From positions 44,171,140-44,225,301 of the forward strand of contig NC_068989.1 of the NCBI RefSeq assembly GCF_001194135.2: a stretch of DNA of 54,162 nucleotides, read 5' to 3'. The first letter of the stretch is position 1. Each line of letters begins with the position of its first letter. Of this stretch, positions 46,521 through 54,162 are shown one piece after another. Origin of the DNA: Octopus bimaculoides. Lineage: Eukaryota. A model generated the notes under the pieces. The model made no database searches. It was not told where the DNA came from and saw only the letters and a program-made list of their open reading frames with translations. The position numbers were made by a program, and so were the translations under genes.

Positions 46521-49500
46521 CTTAACTTAAATTTACTCACAGTTGCAGGATGACAACCAGATCCAGGCTGTGGTGCCCTGGGACACCTGCCGGGCCAGAC
46601 CACAGAACAAAATGTTCCAGAGTCCTTTTTGCCATTTACTTCATTATCAATATGAACTTTTGTTGTTTAGACGTGCCTTTTTAAGCTTCGGCCAGCCATG
46701 TACATACAAGATGTCCATTTCTTTTTCCTCTCCAGCAATACCTGTGCTTCACACTTTTTAAAGTGAGGAAAAGTTTTGCACGGCAACCATTCCCACTCTC
46801 TAAACTACAAAGCATGATCCAAAAAGAAGAGCAAGTCAACACCATTGGGTGCATTTGCAGTCGCAGGTTTTATATCAGAGTGTCCTTCTCCCAGTCTTTG
46901 CCCAACCAAAGGCTAACTACAAGACAGCAGTGAAGTATTTAAATTCAGAGTTACTTTCTCCTAGATAGACTGCCTTCGCCATGGCTTGGGTAAACAGAGG
47001 AGCTCTATCCACCCGTCATCTATTTATAAAAAAAAAAATTAAAATAAGAGAAATACAAATTAAAAATTGGGATAAAAACTGAGTAAATTTTAAAATAAGA
47101 TAGACATACAACATATACCATTTAAAAACACAATATACAATATGTACATACACATGCTGAAATACAGNNNNNNNNNNNNNNNNNNNNNNNNNNNNNNNNN
47201 NNNNNNNNNNNNNNNNNNNNNNNNNNNNNNNNNNNNNNNNNNNNNNNNNNNNNNNNNNNNNNNNNNNNNNNNNNNNNNNNNNNNNNNNNNNNNNNNNNNN
47301 NNNNNNNNNNNNNNNNNNNNNNNNNNNNNNNNNNNNNNNNNNNNNNNNNNNNNNNNNNNNNNNNNNNNNNNNNNNNNNNNNNNNNNNNNNNNNNNNNNNN
47401 NNNNNNNNNNNNNNNNNNNNNNNNNNNNNNNNNNNNNNNNNNNNNNNNNNNNNNNNNNNNNNNNNNNNNNNNNNNNNNNNNNNNNNNNNNNNNNNNNNNN
47501 NNNNNNNNNNNNNNNNNNNNNNNNNNNNNNNNNNNNNNNNNNNNNNNNNNNNNNNNNNNNNNNNNNNNNNNNNNNNNNNNNNNNNNNNNNNNNNNNNNNN
47601 NNNNNNNNNNNNNNNNNNNNNNNNNNNNNNNNNNNNNNNNNNNNNNNNNNNNNNNNNNNNNNNNNNNNNNNNNNNNNNNNNNNNNNNNNNNNNNNNNNNN
47701 NNNNNNNNNNNNNNNNNNNNNNNNNNNNNNNNNNNNNNNNNNNNNNNNNNNNNNNNNNNNNNNNNNNNNNNNNNNNNNNNNNNNNNNNNNNNNNNNNNNN
47801 NNNNNNNNNNNNNNNNNNNNNNNNNNNNNNNNNNNNNNNNNNNNNNNNNNNNNNNNNNNNNNNNNNNNNNNNNNNNNNNNNNNNNNNNNNNNNNNNNNNN
47901 NNNNNNNNNNNNNNNNNNNNNNNNNNNNNNNNNNNNNNNNNNNNNNNNNNNNNNNNNNNNNNNNNNNNNNNNNNNNNNNNNNNNNNNNNNNNNNNNNNNN
48001 NNNNNNNNNNNNNNNNNNNNNNNNNNNNNNNNNNNNNNNNNNNNNNNNNNNNNNNNNNNNNNNNNNNNNNNNNNNNNNNNNNNNNNNNNNNNNNNNNNNN
48101 NNNNNNNNNNNNNNNATATATATATATATATATACATGTATGTGAGAAAGAGAGAATACAATCAATACATAACATATGGAACAAAATCGATACGTATCAT
48201 AACTGAGTGCATAATCGATATGTAACATATGAAACAATCAGTAATGTAACAAGGCATGTCACATTTAATAGGAAACATAATAGAGATGGCTATCCATGCG
48301 TAACATAACAGATAAGAATCGATATCAAGCGATGAATATGTAACTTAATATATTATACAACATAATCAATAGGTAAACAGGATCTTATTCAAAATATAAT
48401 AGAAAAGCTCGCGGAGAAAAGTAATTAAAACACACCTATAGAACAGGACTGAATGATGCGGTTGATAAGGCAGATCAATAAGCAATATTAGTGTAGGGGA
48501 ATATATAATGGAAATATCTCGCAAGATCAGTTAAACTAATAGCCATAACCATCAGTGACAGGAAATCGTGAATATATCGAGGTAAAAACATAATGTAGAG
48601 CTAAATACGGTGAAATGAGAACTGGATTCTGTTGATGAAAGAGATAAGAGTGATTTAACGCGAAAGGGTAACTGATAGGGAAAAGGCAGAGTATGTATGT
48701 ATATATATNNNNNNNNNNNNNNNNNNNNNNNNNNNNNNNNNNNNNNNNNNNNNNNNNNNNNNNNNNNNNNNNNNNNNNNNNNNNNNNNNNNNNNNNNNNN
48801 NNNNNNNNNNNNNNNNNNNNNNNNNNNNNNNNNNNNNNNNNNNNNNNNNNNNNNNNNNNNNNNNNNNNNNNNNNNNNNNNNNNNNNNNNNNNNNNNNNNN
48901 NNNNNNNNNNNNNNNNNNNNNNNNNNNNNNNNNNNNNNNNNNNNNNNNNNNNNNNNNNNNNNNNNNNNNNNNNNNNNNNNNNNNNNNNNNNNNATATATA
49001 TACGCGCGCACACACATTCGTTGATATTTTAATGCAATAACATTTTCCCCCTTTGAATTATTTTATGAAATGGGTAATTGTGTTGCAAATAAAGCCCAAC
49101 ATTGTCTCACGTACACATGTAACAAGTACCGCCGACGCGATCCACATTAACCAAAAGCAATCCTTTTTTTTCCTTAGTGACTTTATACCTAATTAACAAA
49201 AAAAATCATCATTAACAACGTTTTCATTATTAATATTATATCCATTATTATTGCTACAGTAACTTTTGTGGGTTCGATTCCTAGTTGTAGCCTAGCCAGC
49301 CCAGTGTACTTACATCGCTAAAAAAATCATGTCAGCCCCAATCTATTTTCTATTCCCTATAAATACAAGACAATGGTCCGAGTTAAGATCAATATAAGGC
49401 AGTGAGTCTAGACAGAAATCAATACAAAACATTGTGCCTTGGTAGTTACAAAATCAATTAAAAAAACATAAAAACTGAAAGCAAATTAAGACTATATATA

Positions 49501-49538
49501 AAGTATGGGTTTATGAATGTTTCCAGTAAGAAACTAAC

Positions 49539-49665
49539 CATAGGAAATTACTCCATCTCGCAGTCTTATCGGGAAGTAATTGCCTAAATAAACTCGTGGC
49601 TCTGTGTAGCGGCTTGAGTTACTGCTGCTATCACTTCGGATATTTGTAATCTTCTTTGCCGCCAT
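49539..49665 (-). CDS. XRRA1: XRRA1-like exon 1 (MAAKKITNIRSDSSSNSSRYTEPRVYLGNYFPIRLRDGVISY-G)
   Basis: aaaATGG start context; 42 codons + 1 nt; donor G|GTTAGT phase 1; YLGNYFPIR resembles the XRRA1 N-terminal motif. Confidence 0.8.
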
Positions 49666-49681
49666 TTTAGTAGATATTGAC

Positions 49682-49695
49682 GTTGACATAGCAAC
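49682..49695. promoter_or_regulatory. RFX X-box-like motif GTTGACATAGCAAC
   Basis: 14-bp imperfect palindrome, two differences from GTTGCCATGGCAAC, with a canonical AGCAAC half-site; 16 bp upstream of the predicted ATG. Confidence 0.6.
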
Positions 49696-50073
49696 TAGTA
49701 AACATAAGACCCAGATTGTAACAACGATTATAACAACAACAACGAAAAGATATTGTCCAGTCGCTGTCGTTGTTGTTGTTTAGTCTTAGGTCAACCTGTA
49801 CTAAGGCATTCCAGTTGTGACCATCCTGTCTGCTAGAAACACGAAGGACTATATTATTCCAGGTGTATGTTATGGTGCGTGATTTGGGTGGTGGAGGAGT
49901 GGATTTGGTCGTTATTTCTAGCGAGTCAAATAACCATAGCTGCTCCTCACCCAACCCACATTCTCAGATCGTATTACAGGTGTTGTACGTTGACGTTGTA
50001 ATGGCGAGGCCGGCGGCGATGGTGGTGGTAGAAACAACGGTATAAGAGTAGGGGCAGTGAGAGTAAGAGTTGT

Positions 50074-50716
50074 TCTTTTACTTGTTTCAGTCATTTGATT
50101 GCCGCCATGCTGGAGCACTGCTTTGGAGGGTTTTAATCGAACAAATCAACTCCAGGGCTTATTTCTTAAGCCTAATACTTATTCCATCGTTCTATCGGTT
50201 TTTTTTGCCGAACTGCTACGTTACGGGGACGTAAACACACTAACACCGGTTATCAAACAGTGATGGGAGAGACAACTACGCGGATATATACATATATATA
50301 CAAGCTTCGGTAATTTTTCAGATTAACACCCGCATGATCTTCACTAGGGTGTTAGGGTTAGGGTTTTAGAGTCAGGGTTAGGGTTTTAGGGTTAGTGTTT
50401 AGGGTTACAGTTAGGGACGGAATTCCCTAACCCAAACCCTAACCCCTAACCGTAACCCTAACCTTCAAACTAACCCTAAAACTCTAACCTTAAAACTAAC
50501 CCTAAAACCCTAACCCCCTAGTGAAGATCATGCGGGTGTTAATCTGAAAAATTACCCAAGCTTCTTTCAGTTTCCGTATACCAAATCCACTCACAAGGCT
50601 TTGGTTGGCCCAAGGCTAAAGTAGAAGACACTTGCCCAAGATGCTACGCAGTGGGACTGAACTCGGAACCATGTGGCTGGAAAGCAAGCTTCTTACCACA
50701 CAACTACGCCTGCGCA
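50074..50716 (-). mobile_element. SINE family B upstream of the XRRA1-like ATG, interrupted by a MITE
   Basis: 3' body 50074-50290, (TA)n, MITE 50309-50556, 5' half 50557-50716. Confidence 0.88.
50309..50556. mobile_element. 248-bp MITE: perfect 41-bp TIRs, 8-bp TSD, internal inverted TTAGGG-like arrays (Merlin-like)
   Basis: TIR GGTAATTTTTCAGATTAACACCCGCATGATCTTCACTAGGG (50309-50349 / 50516-50556); TSD CAAGCTTC (50301-50308 / 50557-50564). Confidence 0.92.
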
Positions 50717-51878
50717 TTGATAATAATTTGTGAAGCTGATTGAACAAACCTATGATCAAATTTTTCAGCTTTGACCACACATCTTTTTTTTCTATTAGGT
50801 ATTACCGTGTCCAATATACAGCTTTTATTATTATTATTATTATTTATTATTTATTTTTTGAGGTAACTTTATGGTTGTGATTTAAGAAAGAGGTAGCTGT
50901 TATTTCTAGAGCCACATAGAGGCTACTTCGTTGACTGATACGTGGATATCGGTGGAGCTGCGGGGAGTGGAAGTGGGGTTGTTGGACATTTTTTTTTATT
51001 CCTCCTCACCTCGCCTAAATGTTACAGCAATGAACAAGCAGTGAGCCAACACATGGAAGTGACCACTGAGTTATAACAGCAACCTGTACATGGAGAACAC
51101 TTGGACCACTGGCCGCGCTTCGCTGAGCTCAGATCCGGTGTAGAGGAAAAGTCCAGCAGCACCCAAGGCAACTGGACAGCCATTTTGAAGATATTACTAC
51201 CCAGCCTGTAATCAGAAAGGGGCTAAGAAGAAGTAATCTAAACATCGCCTTCCCTAGTCCATCTGGCCAGATACGAAAACTTGCCTTTCTTACTCCGCCT
51301 GAGCAACTATCCACGGTTNNNNNNNNNNNNNNNNNNNNNNNNNNNNNNNNNNNNNNNNNNNNNNNNNNNNNNNNNNNNNNNNNNNNNNNNNNNNNNNNNN
51401 NNNNNNNNNNNNNNNNNNNNNNNNNNNNNNNNNNNNNNNNNNNNNNNNNNNNNNNNNNNNNNNNNNNNNNNNNNNNNNNNNNNNNNNNNNNNNNNNNNNN
51501 NNNNNNNNNNNNNNNNNNNNNNNNNNNNNNNNNNNNNNNNNNNNNNNNNNNNNNNNNNNNNNNNNNNNNNNNNNNNNNNNNNNNNNNNNNNNNNNNNNNN
51601 NNNNNNNNNNNNNNNNNNNNNNNNNNNNNNNNNNNNNNNNNNNNNNNNNNNNNNNNNNNNNNNNNNNNNNNNNNNNNNNNNNNNNNNNNNNNNNNNNNNN
51701 NNNNNNNNNNNNNNNNNNNNNNNNNNNNNNNNNNNNNNNNNNNNNNNNNNNNNNNNNNNNNNNNNNNNNNNNNNNNNNNNNNNNNNNNNNNNNNNNNNNN
51801 NNNNNNNNNNNNNNNNNNNNNNNNNNNNNNNNNNNNNNNNNNNNNNNNNNNNNNNNNNNNNNNNNNNNNNNNNNNNNA

Positions 51879-53037
51879 GATTTTTTAATAAACAAGCTTC
51901 GAATTTACAAGGAAAATGGAGAAAACTGAGTATCGTGCTGTCATAAAGTACCTTCATTTGAAAGGCGTGACTCCATCAGAAATCCATGAAGATATGGTGA
52001 GAACCTTAACAGACAATGCTCCTTCACATGCAACAGTCAAACACAGGGTAAATGAATTCAAGCGTGGCAGGGAGAGTGTGGAAGATGATCCAAGACCAGG
52101 GAGACCTCCAACTGCAACCACCAAGGACAACCTTGACCTTGCTCTTGGTATGATAATGCAAGATCGCCGAATATCATGTCGTCAGATAGCCGAGAGACTG
52201 GGCATCTCAACTGAAAGAGTAGACAACATTGTGACAAAATAACTTGGGTTCTCAAAGGTTTCTGCAAGGTGGGTTTAGCCTTTTGACTCCTGAACAGAAA
52301 CGCACCAGGTGCAATTTGTCCACGAGCAATCTGGAACTGTTTGAAGCTGATGAAGAAAATTTTCTTGCTCGTTTCATTACTATGGACGAAAGTTGGGTCC
52401 ACCACTACCAGCCTGAAACCAAAGAACAATCAAAGCAGTGGAAGCACACATCTTCTCCTACCCCAAAGAAGGCCAGGGTTATTCCTTCAGCTGGCAAGGT
52501 CATGGCGTCCGTTTTTTGGGGATTGTCAAGGTGTCTTGCTCATCGATTACCTTGAAAAGGGTTACACCGTGACAGGGCTGTATTATTCTCAGCTACTGAA
52601 ACGCCTCCGAGAAGCAATCAAAGAAAAAAGGCCGGGAATGCTCATCAGAGGAGTCCTTTTTTATCACGACGATGCTCCAGCCCACACCTCAGTGGTTGTC
52701 ATGGCAACAATTTGTGATTGTGGATACGAACTTGTTCCCCATCCGCCTTATTCGCCAGACTTAGCCCCCTCTGACTTTCATCTATTTCCAAAAATGCAAA
52801 AAAAAAGCCCTGGCTGGTCGCCATTTTGCCAGTGACAATGCCGTCATAGATGCTGTAGGAAGTTTCTTGGAGTTCTAAACAAAAGAGTTCTTCTACGCCG
52901 GGATAATGGCGCTTCAGCACCGCTGGAGAAAGTGTTCAGCCATCGAGGGGGACTATGTTGAAAAATAAATCATCAGAAGTCTTGTAACATGTTTTTTTTT
53001 TTTTTTTTTAGGCTCAAGACTTTTCAAACACTCCTCG
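51879..53037 (+). mobile_element. Mariner (DD34D, irritans-like) transposase pseudogene; left TIR in the gap
   Basis: MEKTEYRAVIKY, ITMDESWVHHY, KVMASVFW, HDDAPAH, HPPYSPDLAPSDFHLF, GDYVEK*; right TIR ggctcaagacttttcaaacactcctcg|ta ends at 53037; stops and frameshifts. Confidence 0.93.
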
Positions 53038-53039
53038 TA

Positions 53040-53600
53040 TAACGACGTCCACTTTTTTTCTAGTCCAACAGCTGTTATTTTAAAGTTGTTCTCTATCCGT
53101 GTCAGGCCGCGGCTTCGTTCTGAGCAGGGTAGATATATTATCTGTTTGCTTTTGGTGACTTGGATGTACCGTTAATAGTTTTCTGGTTTTTCTAAGTTTC
53201 TCAGTTCACTAATCTTCCAGTTGAAGCTGTACTTTATGACTGTTATGGCTAGCCTGTTTACCCATATCTTCTTTTCAGCATTGAATTCCTAACTTTTCTG
53301 TAGCATTCTTTAGTAATTTCCTTTCTTTTGTGAGTTGTATTTTAGTTATTTCGTCTGTTCCTAGATATATGGGCGATTGTGGTCCAATTTTCTGGTTTCT
53401 GTGTCTATATCGTTTTCAATGCTGATTAATTTACCCCTTCTCAGTATCAGTTTAGCACATTTGTCCATCCCAAAGCTCATCGCGATGTCCTTGCTGAAAT
53501 TATGGACAATTTTTAGAAAGGATTTTTTTGTTCCGTGATAATTTTAGTGAACATTTTAAAGACATCCATGTATATGACATGATTTATTGTTTGTCCATTG
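53040..53600 (-). mobile_element. R4/Dong-like RT fragment, highly decayed
   Basis: INHVIYMDVFKMF (degenerate HLLYMDDLK), DIAMSFGMDKCAKL, NRLAITVIKYSF. Confidence 0.65.
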
Positions 53601-54021
53601 CATATATAACCTATAGTGGTTTCGTTTAAGACATTTGTAGGGTCAGAGTAAGGCAGAAAAGCAGCGGTGACAATGAGTCTCCTTGGAAAATTTTTCTTTT
53701 TATGGGTGGAGGGCTGGTTTTCATGACTTGTGATTCATTTTTCAGTGTTATGCTGGTGTTCTAGTTTGCCATTGCATGGTTGATAAATTATAATAGTGCT
53801 GAAGCTACTTTATCTGCACTTTATTTATTGTTGTTGTTATTATTATTATTAAAGCGACGAGCTGGTAGAATCGTTAGCACGCCGGGCGAAATGCTAAGCG
53901 GTATAACAGCTCTGTGAAGTCATTGCGTGAGTCTATGTTGAACTGTTTATTGAATTGTTGCCATTGTTGATTGAATTGTTGTTGATTCGTTAATTGTTGT
54001 TTTGTTTCCCATTATGGGAAA

Positions 54022-54162
54022 ATGGAGAAGGAGCCGGAGGCAGGCCCAAGTTATGCGGCCGCAACGGGCAAAGGAGTAGACACACGAGAGTTGGAGGTCC
54101 ACGAAATAAAAGTGGAGCCTAGAAAGATGAAGGAGAGTGAGAAATTAATCACAAAAGAAGGA
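54022..54162 (+). other. Open frame running off the window (MEKEPEAGPSYAAATGKG...), possibly a LINE ORF1 start
   Basis: 47 codons without a stop; an SYAAA motif is common near the N-termini of non-LTR ORF1 proteins. Too short to identify. Confidence 0.3.

Larger units (their letters stand above)
2068..49665 (-). other. XRRA1: XRRA1-like LRR gene, span from the ATG to the last exon visible; 3' end lies outside the window
   Basis: Nine spliced exons give a continuous frame: MAAKK...YLGNYFPIR...GAWLQAYKAEQLRR...FDTHYI|LKYCKVTDPED...IDAEDNFLKLE|TFASF...GEFPHLQ|YLDLSYNNLT...RFPRLEVLKLDYNKL...YLDLEGNSIYHIPRL...PFSQLTILNLAHNN. Motif order matches recalled vertebrate XRRA1 (YLNNCFPAR, LDQAFLLKHHC, GDFKLLEFLDLSFNSLT, RFPALETLMLDDNRL, PFPELRYLSLAYN). 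Not BLAST-verified. Confidence 0.85.

Noticed and set aside
49271-49281. Isolated perfect B box GGTTCGATTCC in intron 1
   Set aside because: No A box or cloverleaf nearby; chance match or SINE remnant.
50001-50045. Divergent ATG (MARPAAMVVVETTV*) as the first exon of a head-to-head gene; human XRRA1 is recalled as head-to-head with SPCS2
   Set aside because: Only 14 codons, weak donor, no recognisable homology and no downstream exons found.
2776-51957. Long ORFs containing X runs (e.g. 5487-6497, 10349-11283, 42090-42878, 47016-48237, 51281-51957)
   Set aside because: They span N gaps and (TA)n edges and have no coding content.

Overview
AT-rich, gap-ridden eukaryotic scaffold, probably octopus/cephalopod; this is an inference from the repeat landscape of tRNA-derived SINEs, RTE and R4/Dong LINEs, Tc1/mariner, and (TA)n, (GAT)n, (AAT)n tracts. 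One host gene spans almost the whole window on the minus strand: an XRRA1-like leucine-rich-repeat gene. I assembled nine coding exons by hand (49539-49665, 41094-41266, 36170-36314, 34537-34634, 27560-27705, 25288-25392, 17656-17807, 11432-12880, 2068-2460). All have GT-AG junctions with matching phases and give 929 codons plus 1 nt with no stop; the gene continues off the left edge. Exon 8 is a 1449-nt insert built on a 21-bp/7-aa repeat. An RFX X-box-like motif lies 16 bp upstream of the ATG. The rest is transposon debris. Highlights: a 248-bp foldback MITE with Merlin-type ends, an 8-bp TSD and head-to-head telomere-like arrays; three degenerate minimal hammerhead-like motifs; an RTE with a PHD-type finger; Dong-like elements in (TAA)n; an inverted SINE pair bracketing a frame-neutral one-LRR exon. 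No CRISPR, rRNA or intact tRNA gene is supported. Most long ORFs in the track are artefacts of N gaps or microsatellites. All homology calls come from recalled family motifs, not database searches. TE boundaries are approximate unless TIR/TSD coordinates are given.
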